A stretch of 64,000 bases of DNA from NCBI GenBank assembly GCA_002269645.1, contig NIVC01001160.1, positions 62,001 to 126,000 on the forward strand, in the 5' to 3' direction. Position numbers and translations under genes: made by a program. The notes below the pieces were generated by a model that worked only from the letters and a program-made list of their open reading frames with translations, was not told the origin of the DNA and ran no database searches. Numbering within the stretch: position 1 is the stretch's first letter; every line of letters begins with the position of its first letter. This DNA comes from Macrostomum lignano (taxonomy: Eukaryota). Shown here piece after piece: positions 48,901 to 64,000 of this stretch.

Positions 48901-50173
48901 TAGATTAGATCTGAGATAGAGGAGAGTAGATTAGATCTGAGATAGAGACCAGAAGATTAGATCTGAGATAGAGCAGAGTAGATTAGATCTGAGATAGAGG
49001 AGAGTAAATTAGATCTGAGATAGATTAGAGAAGATTGGATCTGAGATAGAGGAGAGTAGATTAGATCTGAGATAGATGTGAGTAGATTAGATCTGAGATA
49101 GAGGAGAGTAGATTAGATCTGAGATAGATGTGAGTAGATTAGATCTGAGATAGATGTGAGTAGATTAGATCTGAGATAGAGGAGAGTAGATTAGATCCGA
49201 GATAGATTAGAGAAGATTGGATCTTGGATAGTTTATTGAAGATATATCTGGGGTAAATGAAAGTAGATTAGACCTGAGGCTAGGATGAGGGATTCAATAC
49301 AAGATAAGCGGGAACCAGATTTAAGCAGCTCAGCTTCAAATCCCCATCGTCAAACCACCCGACCGGGCAGAGACGCCACCACCCAGTTCGAGCTGGAGCA
49401 CCTGGCCAAAGGCTTCGTGGCAATCAAGAGCTCCAACGGTTATTACCTGTCGGCGAAGAAGCTCGGCGCGGTGAACGCCGTTGGCGCGGAGGTCCGCGCG
49501 GAGGAGACCTTCCAGCTGGTGCTGCTGAACCGGCCCATCGCCGTCTTCCGCTGCGACTTCGGCTTCGTTGGCGTCCGCAACGGGCGGCTGGAGTGCAACT
49601 TGAGCAGCTATGACGCCTTCCAGCTGGAGGCTGCGGACTCCGGCTTCTACCATATCAAGGGTGAGCCGCCCGGTTGCGGGACTTCCGGCGTGGGGAATTC
49701 AGGTTCGGAATTTGGGGAATTCAGATTGGGAATTTAAGGAATTCAGATTGAGAATTAAGGTAATTCTGATTGGGAATTAGGGGAATTACGAATGAGAATT
49801 AGGGGAATTACGAATGGGAATTAGGGGAATTACGAATGGGAATTAGAGTAGTTAATGGAACTCAGATCTGGGATTAAGGGAATTCAAATCAAGACAAGAA
49901 CCACAATGTTTCAGTAGGAAACTCCTTCAGTTTTGAGCAGCACTCCTGTTAAACCCCTCGCCGCAAACAGGCCCCGAGGGCTACTGGATCATCCAGGGTG
50001 ACTTCAGCATCTCGTTCAAAGGCGCAGCCCCCGAGGAGTTCATCTTCCAGTTCCACAGCCGGTCACGGGTGGCCATTCTAGCCCACAACGGCTGCTACGT
50101 TCGTGGTGAACAGAACGGCACGGTTCGGGCCGACGCCACGGAGATCACGGAAGCCTGCCTGTGGGAGTACTGA
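45969..50173 (+). CDS. FSCN: Fascin (actin-bundling beta-trefoil protein), about 486 aa, 5 exons
   Basis: Exons 45969-46618, 47131-47287, 47839-47998, 49371-49660 and 49971-50173. [26 protein letters not shown] matches the fascin N-terminus, and the protein ends ACLWEY*. Needs one extra G in the G-run at 46298-46301. The intron 2 donor reads GG. Confidence 0.93.
46630..46900. repeat. 11-bp repeat in fascin intron 1
   Basis: Unit AGGATGTGATC with GATGCGGTG variants. Confidence 0.88.
47625..47755. repeat. 26-bp minisatellite in fascin intron 2
   Basis: Unit GATCTGAGATAGATGAGAGTGGAATA. Confidence 0.88.
48030..49240. repeat. 26-bp minisatellite in fascin intron 3
   Basis: Constant AGATTAGATCTGAGATA plus a variable 9-mer, about 45 copies. 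Confidence 0.93.
49690..49860. repeat. Degenerate GGGAATT-based repeat in fascin intron 4
   Basis: GGGAATTAGGGGAATTACGAAT-like units. Confidence 0.75.
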
Positions 50174-50179
50174 GCCCAT

Positions 50180-50750
50180 GGGGGCGCCATCTTGCAGTAA
50201 CACGGGGCGCCATCTTGCAATAACACGGGGCGCCATCTTGCAATAACACGGGACGCCATCTTGCAATAACACGGGGCGCCATCTTGCAATAACACGGGGC
50301 GCCATCTTGCAATAACACGGGGCGCCATCTTGCAATAACACGGGGCGCCATCTTGCAGTAACACGGGACGCCATCTTGCAATAACACGGGGCGCCATCTT
50401 GCAATAACACGGGACGCCATCTTGCAATAACACGGGACGCCATCTTGCAATAACACGGGACGCCATCTTGCAATAACACGGGGCGCCATCTTGCAATAAC
50501 ACGGGGCGCCATCTTGCAGTAACACGGGGACTCATGTTGCAATAACACGGGGTGCCATCTTGCAATAACACGGGGCGCCATCTCGCAATAACACGGGGCG
50601 CCATCTTGCAATAACACGGGGCGCCATCTTGCAATAACACGGGGCGCCATCTTGCAATAACACGGGGCGCCATCTTGCAATAACACGGAGTGCCATCTTG
50701 CAATAACACGGGGCGCCATCTTGCAATAACACGGGGCCTCATGTTGCAAT
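50180..50750. repeat. 23-bp minisatellite in the fascin 3' UTR
   Basis: Unit TAACACGGGGCGCCATCTTGCAA, about 24 copies, between the stop (50173) and AATAAA (about 50765). Confidence 0.93.
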
Positions 50751-51224
50751 AACGTTGATTCATCAATAAAAAGTTAAATTGCTATTATTTAGCGGCTAAA
50801 AAATAGCAAAAAAGTTCATTTAAAAAGAACCGACTTGCCATAATAAATTTTGTTAAGTGGCTCCGATATTCAAGTGAGAATTTGCTGTTTACTATTTGCT
50901 AGAAAATAAATTACCGGTTTAGTGCTGACTATGCCATTAACCCAATAGTCCTGTTCAATAAGTCCTTACGATATCCTCATTACAAAATCGATTTGCTGAT
51001 AACTGCTTTCGAATTTTGTTATAATTGCTTTCCTTTGGCCTCTGTTCGCCCAGTCTGCTTGAGTGCTTTTAGCCAGTTTTTGCTGTTTGCTTTTCTACTT
51101 TTTCTAGTGCAGCTGAGGTTCTATCGGCAGTGAATTTGCTTTAATAAAATGGCTTTGATTCCTGATGATGGAAATTCTGACACTCACTTTTTTTAGATCC
51201 AAAGCCTGGCTGAGCAGATGTTCA

Positions 51225-51335
51225 TTGATGTTCACTGATTTTCACTGATGTTCACTGATGTTCATTGATGTTTACTGATGTTCACTGATGTTCACTGATC
51301 AGTCCACTGATCTCACTGATCTTTGCTGATCTTCA
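51225..51335. repeat. 10-bp repeat
   Basis: TGTTCACTGA units. Confidence 0.75.
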
Positions 51336-51409
51336 TTGTTCATTAGCGAGATGGAGGTATTTCAGATTTTTTAGCACTGAATTTATCCAGCAAAAATCGC
51401 ACAACCTGT

Positions 51410-51620
51410 CATACTATGAGTAGTATCTGCGTCAGAAAACCGGTCAGTCAGGAAACCGCGCATTCGGGACGACGAAGCCGTTGTATGAGCCGAGAGCCAG
51501 TTCAACAGCGCCTCCTGGATGTTTTCTTGGATCAGCTTCAACCGGTTCCCTCTTTTTGGCTGTGTTTCAACTCTGCCCGTTTCTTGGAATGTCTTGAGAT
51601 GATGCTGTCGGCTGTTGACG
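51410..51620 (-). mobile_element. Degenerate Tc1/IS630-like transposase N-terminal fragment
   Basis: Minus frame KTFQETGRVETQPKRGNRLKLIQENIQEALLNWL resembles the F..TG.V...R.G.R..KL HTH region of Tc1-family transposases. Frameshifted upstream, no TIRs identified. Confidence 0.35.
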
Positions 51621-52839
51621 TAAACGGTATCACCACATTGGATTCATTTGTTTGGTCCACAGAGTGGCTGAGGGCTGCATTTATTGACCGAGGCGAAGCC
51701 ATGTTACATCGGCGTTTCTGTGGAGCAAGAAAGGTTTACTACAGACTTCATCATTAATTCGGCCAGACCAGCTGTGCCCGTCAAGTCTGTCCGGATGTAC
51801 GCAGCTTCTCCGACTGTCGCTCCGTGTGTAGAGCAGCCATCTGGCAAAAATGCGCATCAAAATTTGCGATGAGACAAACAAGATTCGCGTTGAATTTGAC
51901 TGACATTTTTTCAACTACACTAATCGATGGTGACGTGGATCCTTCCGGTATTGGTTGCACTTTTACCGTACACTGTTGCCTGTTGCTTGAATAAACGTTC
52001 TACCGCGTTCCGTTGCCCGGCCCGGCCAGATAAATTAACCATATAGACTACAAGACCGGGACATACGAGTAAAAAGGAATAAGCCTTATTCCCAGCTGAT
52101 TGGCCAACAACGATTGTCTATGGTCAAGGATTTGGATTTGGCCATAGACAAATCGTTGTCACGTGCTGCGACCGCTGATTCTTTAAATTGCTTTTCTGTT
52201 TGATGATCCGCAGTAATGAATTTTTCTGCATGAAAATGCAAACAATGATCTTCAAATCGCTAAACAATGTGACTGAAGCACGGCTTGCACTATCTCTCCA
52301 TTGATCAATCTCTGCCGATGGAGTCGAGAAATTTACGCATAGTTGCCAGGCTGCGCCATGAAATTTTTGTCTGTTATCAAGTCAGCTTTGCCGAAATCTA
52401 TCGCAAAAGTGACGAATTCAAGAGAGAGAGTGGCAGAGTCGTTTTCTATAGACTATGAACCCCAGAAAATTCTCTAAACCCATTTGCTTGCGTGCGTTTG
52501 CCGAAATCAATTGCAAATAAGACACATTCTGCTGCAAAAGCTATATTTACTCTGAGAGAAGAAACACTGCTGTAAGAACGGCTTTTTTCAGTCACCAATC
52601 AGTGAAACAGCGCAGATATGCTGGTGGTTGGAGTCTATCTGACAATCCAAGCGAGACTGGCATGCAAAGGCTGCGTCATTCATTCAGAATGAAAGCGCAG
52701 TTTCCCTGGATGCTTCATCGCATGAAATGATGGCAGAAAAATGGCTCAAACTGTATAATCAAGAAGAGATCTCTAACTGCTCCAACTGCTCTGTTTAAAA
52801 ATTCCCACAGAGCTCCCAGAGAAGCACCTGAGCCACAGA

Positions 52840-58204
<5,365 letters not shown>

Positions 58205-58221
58205 TTACGGACAGTCAATCG

Positions 58222-60200
58222 CGTGGAGCTGAGACTGCATGGATTGAGTCACCCGTGGAGCTGAGACTGCATGGATTGAGTCAACCCGTGGAGCTGAGAC
58301 TGCATGGATTGAGTCACCCGTGGAGCTGAGACTGCATGGATTGAGTCAACCCGTGGAGCTGAGACTGCATGGATTGAGTCACCCGTGGAGCTGAGACTGC
58401 ATGGATTGAGTCAACCCGTGGAGCTGAGACTGCATGGATTGAGTCACCCCGTGGAGCTGAGACTGCATGGATTGAGTCAACCCGTGGAGCTGAGACTGCA
58501 TGGATTGAGTCACCCCGTGGAGCTGAGACTGCATGGATTGAGTCACCCCGTGGAGCTGAGACTGCATGGATTGAGTCACCCCGTGGAGCTGAGACTGCAT
58601 GGATTGAGTCACCCAGTGGAGCTGAGACTGCATGGGTTGAGTCAACCCGTGGAGCTGAGACTGCATGGATTGAGTCACCCCGTGGAGCTGAGACTGCATG
58701 GATTGAGTCACCCGTGGAGCTGAGACTGCATGGATTGAGTCACCCCGTGGAGCTGAGACTGCATGGATTGAGTCACCCCGTGGAGCTGAGACTGCATGGA
58801 TTGAGTCAACCCGTGGAGCTGAGACTGCATGGATTGAGTCAACCCGTGGAGCTGAGACTGCATGGATTGAGTCACCCGTGGAGCTGAGACTGCATGGATT
58901 GAGTCAACCCGTGGAGCTGAGACTGCATGGATTGAGTCACCCGTGGAGCTGAGACTGCATGGATTGAGTCAACCCGTGGAGCTGAGACTGCATGGATTGA
59001 GTCAACCCGTGGAGCTGAGACTGTATGGATTGAGTCAACCCGTGGAGCTGAGACTGCATGGATTGAGTCACCCGTGGAGCTGAGACTGTATGGATTGAGT
59101 CAACCCGTGGAGCTGAGACTGCATGGATTGAGTCACCCGTGGAGCTGAGACTGCATGGATTGAGTCACCCGTGGAGCTGAGACTGCATGGATTGAGTCAA
59201 CCCGTGGAGCTGAGACTGCATGGATTGAGTCACCCCGTGGAGCTGAGACTGCATGGATTGAGTCAACCCGTGGAGCTGAGACTGCATGGATTGAGTCACC
59301 CCGTGGAGCTGAGACTGCATGGATTGAGTCAACCCGTGGAGCTGAGACTGCATGGATTGAGTCACCCCGTGGAGCTGAGACTGCATGGATTGAGTCACCC
59401 CGTGGAGCTGAGACTGCATGGGTTGAGTCAACCCGTGGAGCTGAGACTGCATGGATTGAGTCACCCCGTGGAGCTGAGACTGCATGGATTGAGTCACCCG
59501 TGGAGCTGAGACTGCATGGATTGAGTCACCCCGTGGAGCTGAGACTGCATGGATTGAGTCACCCCGTGGAGCTGAGACTGCATGGATTGAGTCAACCCGT
59601 GGAGCTGAGACTGCATGGATTGAGTCAACCCGTGGAGCTGAGACTGCATGGATTGAGTCACCCGTGGAGCTGAGACTGCATGGATTGAGTCAACCCGTGG
59701 AGCTGAGACTGCATGGATTGAGTCACCCGTGGAGCTGAGACTGCATGGATTGAGTCAACCCGTGGAGCTGAGACTGCATGGATTGAGTCAACCCGTGGAG
59801 CTGAGACTGTATGGATTGAGTCACCCGTGGAGCTGAGACTGCATGGATTGAGTCACCCGTGGAGCTGAGACTGTATGGATTGAGTCAACCCGTGGAGCTG
59901 AGACTGCATGGATTGAGTCACCCGTGGAGCTGAGACTGCATGGATTGAGTCACCCGTGGAGCTGAGACTGCATGGATTGAGTCAACCCGTGGAGCTGAGA
60001 CTGCATGGATTGAGTCACCCGTGGAGCTGAGACTGCATGGATTGAGTCACCCGTGGAGCTGAGACTGCATGGGTTGAGTCACCCGTGGAGCTGAGACTGC
60101 ATGGGTTGAGTCACCCGTGGAGCTGAGACTGCATGGATTGAGTCACCCGTGGAGCTGAGACTGCATGGATTGAGTCACCCGTGGAGCTGAGACTGCATGG
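58222..60200. repeat. 31-33-bp minisatellite (about 62 copies) immediately after the FREP stop
   Basis: Unit CCCGTGGAGCTGAGACTGCATGGATTGAGTCA(A/C). Confidence 0.96.
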
Positions 60201-61523
60201 GTGTATGAACTCAACAGACTTAACTTTTCTTCTAGACAGTTGGCTATAAGTCCAGGCGAGAGCTTCATAACACCTCATTTATTATTTAGTTAAGAGACCC
60301 AATCACTGTTTTAGGGTTGAAAATCGTGAAATTTCCCATCTCCGTAGTGTATTTTTCCAGTTAAACCTGCCGTTAAAAATATTTCTGAACAAAAAGCTTT
60401 ATGAATATCGATAGAGCAATAAGAAAGACACAACATATCAAAAGATGAACACTGGATCTGCCTCCTATCAAAGGCAATGACAATTTTTGTGCTGAAAAAA
60501 ATTAAAACCTCCTGATCTCTGTAGTGTATTTTTCGGCGAAAAGTTGCCTTCAAAACATTTATCTTCGATTTCGAGTGTAGCGTCCTGTATATGTTACTTG
60601 AGTTGTCCTTGACTGTAGGTTAGCTTAGTTGGTAATACCCTTATGGGAGATTTTTGCAGGAAACTTCTTATAATAATAAATTGCGTAATGAACCCGTTTT
60701 GTTGTGAATGATTCACATTATTCTGACGGTCGAAAGTCTGTCTTGGTGGACACTTAAGCACCTTCTTGCTCGTCCCGTGGTATACTACTCTTTTTGTGAA
60801 TACTCAAAATGCCTTCTTTGTAAGCATAGCAACCGCCTGTGAACCTCATTTAATTAATTACTCGTAGTGTAATTTTTTGTCCTATTTTTTTAGAAATGCT
60901 TAAATTACTACTAGTAAATTGAGATAATTGCGAATATCGCCATACAAGTAAAAAATACAAAATCAAATAAAAAGCTATGTCTCTGCCAAAATCCTTTGAC
61001 ACCACTGAGCCTCTCTGACCAACAGATGTTGCAGAAGTCTGCCTGCAGACTCCACGATCATTTCTCCAAGTTCATGATGGACAAAGTGCTTAAATCCCTG
61101 GAATCGAAATCTCAATTCGGCCTCCGGGTAAAGATTCAGGATGCTAAAATGATATCATATAAGAGGTGGTGGATCCAGAGGGTGTGGATCGTAAAAACTC
61201 ACACTGTAGTGGCTCTTAAAATGTTTAAAGAAGCACTCGTGTACATTAACTGTGAGCATGCAAAAGTGACGTCACTCTTCGTGGAATCCTGATCACGTGA
61301 TCAGGGGTGAAACTATGGAGCCGCTATATATTTATACAGTACTATATAATTTATCTGTACCAGAGTAAAGAAGCATTTGAGGCTAAACTTCTACCAGTAT
61401 TCCGCCGCGCGCAAAAACATACTACTTATCAATATCAGTAAGCAGTAGTGAAAAATATCAATTTAAGCTGGGGATTTCAATTTTATTGCCACAGAATACG
61501 AAAGCAAAGCTTTTCAGCTCGGT

Positions 61524-62251
61524 CTATTTGCACTGTCCGTATTGGAATGACCTGTATCTTCTGGCACAGGTGTTCGTGCAGCAGTCCGAGTTTGAGCTGC
61601 ACATGAAACCGAAGGTTAAGCAGTTCACTAAGTCGTCTGGTAGAGCCGCCACCTGGGATTTCAGAGCTGAGGGTGGCAGTTTATTGTTTATATTGTACCT
61701 TTGAGGCTTGCATGGCTGGCTGCAGGGGACACAGGGATCATATGGCTGGTTTATCCCAGGTGACACAGGGATCATATGGCTGGTTTATCCCAGGTGACAC
61801 AGGGATCATATGGCTGGTTTATCCCAGGTGACACAGGGATCATATGGCTGGTTTATCCCAGGTGACACAGGGATCATATGGCTGGTTTATCCCAAGTGAC
61901 ACAGGGATCATATGGCTGGTTTATCCCAGGTGACACAGGAATCATATGGCTGGTTTATCCCAGGTGACACAGGGATCATATGGCTGGTTTATCCCAGGTG
62001 ACACAGGGATCATATGGCTGGTTTATCCCAGGTGACACAGGGATCATATGGCTGGTTTATCCCAGGTGACACAGGGATCATATGGCTAAAAACATGGGAA
62101 TAATGTATCATTAAAGGGGTTGAAGGACAATAGACAATAGCAAACAAGAGTTGTTCAATAAACTAAACTGCGATATATTCTCACCTGTGAGCAGAGCAAT
62201 GACCAGAGCAATGACCAGATCAATGACCAGAGCATTGAATTGTCGAAGCAT
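61524..62251 (-). CDS. Secreted inhibitor-cystine-knot (knottin/conotoxin-like) peptide precursor, about 76 aa
   Basis: Exons 62251-62185 (MLRQFNALVIDLVIALVIALLT, GTGAGA donor), 61719-61699 (21 nt) and 61666-61524, all phase 1. Mature region CLTFGFMCSSNSDCCTNTCARRYRSFQYGQCK has the C-C-CC-C-C framework. Confidence 0.72.
61730..62086. repeat. 34-bp minisatellite in knottin intron 1
   Basis: Unit ATCATATGGCTGGTTTATCCCAGGTGACACAGGG, about 10 copies. Confidence 0.93.
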
Positions 62252-62835
62252 TTTCCTGACAAATTAATAAGCTTCAGATTTTTTGATAACGTTATAACTC
62301 TTAATTAAAGGTCTAAAACTTAGACAGACGCATTTTAAGCATGGATGAAAGATTAGAAAGGATCGCTCATCTGAAAACGAGTCTATGGCCAAAACCTACT
62401 AAAAATTGGGATATTCCCCCCCATGAATTTCATTGGCTGCTGGAATTTAATAAACAAAGTAAACAAATTTTGCCTCTTGATAGACCGGCAGTTAGTTTGT
62501 ATTTTTTGTACTTGACTGATTATGTAGAGGGAATTGAAGGAGGCAGTAATTGAAACAAATAACAAATTGTTTCAAAAGTTAAGAAACAAGACAACTAAGC
62601 ATAAAGCGATCGAACTTTGAATAAGTGGGGGGCAAGTTAGACAAAAAGTGAAAAGTAAAAAATGTCAAGTTACTTTTTGTAGCTTTGTACACTTCTATTC
62701 CTCATAACTTTCATCCAATGTAACAGTAAGGAAATAAGGAAAAAATTATAAAGCTATTCGAAATGGCACAGCAGGTACATTGGTCATTCGAAGTCACTGA
62801 CCAAGAAACATAATTTTTTTAGGTTGAAGCAGATT

Positions 62836-63090
62836 TTATCTTCTCACTGTGTGATGCAGCTTGATTTGAACATATTGTTGGGCAATTCCACGCAGCAATA
62901 AATATCTGTGATTTTCCTCGACCCCATGTAACAGCACAATCTGGAAAACACATCCATGGAGACACCTTCGCGCACTGCTGTTGCTGGCTTGACTTAATAG
63001 GAAAGTAAAAAAACTAACCTTGCTGCCGTCCTCATTTCTGTCACCAGTCTTAGATGAGCAGTCCTGAGCAGCGCAGTAGCGCTTGGCCAT
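62836..63090 (-). pseudogene. Degenerate THAP-domain N-terminus (P-element/THAP transposase-like remnant)
   Basis: MAKRYCAAQDCSSKTGDRNEDGSKVSFFTF resembles the THAP C2CH start (M..YC....C.......SFF.FP). Similarity is lost after that, probably through a frameshift. Confidence 0.45.
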
Positions 63091-63275
63091 TCAGCTTTAG
63101 ACGAAAACAACTTGAAACAGAACAAAAACAAACCTAATTGTTGCATGTACGTTGGCTAGACATCTATAACTGCCTTCTTCCTCTGGGTCATGACGGCTTA
63201 GGGGAAAGAAATTAGCGTTTAAAACAAGAAAAACTTGGTTAAAACTTTGTTGGTTAAAACTTGGTTAAAACTCGT

Positions 63276-64000
63276 TTAAAACTTAGGGGCAGCACCAAGG
63301 AGCCGTCGGGCTCCGCGCAGCGCGAGCTGTACCAGTGGCTGCTTGGTAGAGTCGACCACACCGTTCGCCTTGTAGAACCAGGACACGGCTGCGAGGTGAC
63401 AGGACAGGCTGCTGACGGAGAACAGTCGGTTTCTAGCCAGCTCCGCCAGGTGGTTGCACACGAGTAGTTTCGGACGAGCTGAAGCTAGGCACTGAGAGCA
63501 CAGGAGGCGGACCTGAAAAAGAAGGTGAGAAGCAGCGGCAGGACTCAAGCAAGCAGATGCAAGCAAGCGGGTAGGCACGTAGCAGGTGCCGTAGAAACGA
63601 AAAAAAAGTTAGCAAGCTGGCTAGGGTCGTTAGCTCTGGATAGCGGGTCCGCGAGAAGCTGAAAGCGGCCAGGCACGTGGTACGCGCGCACGATAATGTC
63701 ACGCTGGATGCAGGTCAGAGTGACGAGCCTCTGCAGGTCGGCGATGCTGCGATGCTTGGCCGAGCTAGAGTTGATGATGCCGCAGGCAGCGGTGCTGTCC
63801 GTGCACACCGCAACGGAGCGGCCGCTGAGGGCCTCTTGATGCTTCAGGATAGCGACCAGAGGGGCGGCGCACTCCTTGAGTTTGATGTGGAGCTCTTCGA
63901 ACTCGCTACCGCCAGCTAATAAAAAGCCAGGTCGAGTCACTGTCGTCGAAGTGCAGCACCGCTACGCCGCCTGCGACGCAGGCGTCAGACTCGATAGCGG
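63276..64000 (-). mobile_element. DIRS/Ngaro-type tyrosine-recombinase retrotransposon fragment (RNase H plus YR N-terminus), continuing past the window end
   Basis: AIESDAC...LHIKLKECAA...VAVCTDS...YHVPGRFQLLADPLSR is a DIRS-type RNase H. HLAAVSWFYKANGVVDSTKQPLVQLALRGARR resembles the integrase SAM-like domain. Frameshifted, and truncated near 63276. Confidence 0.8.

Noticed and set aside
48030-49240. CRISPR-like constant repeat plus variable spacer
   Set aside because: Spacers are only 9 bp, drawn from a few related variants that recur. Eukaryotic intron, no cas genes.
51416-51757. 113-aa plus-strand ORF
   Set aside because: No recognisable domain; the opposite strand is better explained as a transposase remnant.

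Overview
Eukaryotic, intron-containing animal DNA that is extremely rich in minisatellites. The style resembles a free-living flatworm such as Macrostomum, but that is inference only. By joining GT-AG exons by hand and checking splice phase I support eight protein-coding loci: the 3' part of an LRP5/6 (arrow)-like Wnt co-receptor (+), a PHF21A/B (BHC80)-like gene with a degenerate PHD finger (+), a fucolectin/F5-8C-domain type I membrane protein (-), a five-finger C2H2 gene (+), an alpha-kinase fused to a duplicated Cys-rich module (+), fascin (+), a secreted PAN-like plus fibrinogen-domain protein (FREP, +) and a 76-aa secreted cystine-knot peptide (-). There is one tRNA-Asp(GUC). Mobile DNA: a 2.2-kb CAT...ATG element with an 8-bp TSD (P-like), two hAT-type MITEs, a 4.1-kb I-group LINE with a 12-bp TSD, a (GA)n tail and a deleted RT core, a DIRS-like fragment, and THAP and Tc1-like remnants. 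Almost every large intron and post-stop region holds its own tandem repeat, and several units contain or derive from splice junctions. The clearest case is a run of ten in-frame donor sites in the FREP gene. Most long ORFs in the supplied track are repeat artefacts. Two homopolymer frameshifts and one GG donor suggest residual assembly errors. No CRISPR array or prokaryotic system is present.
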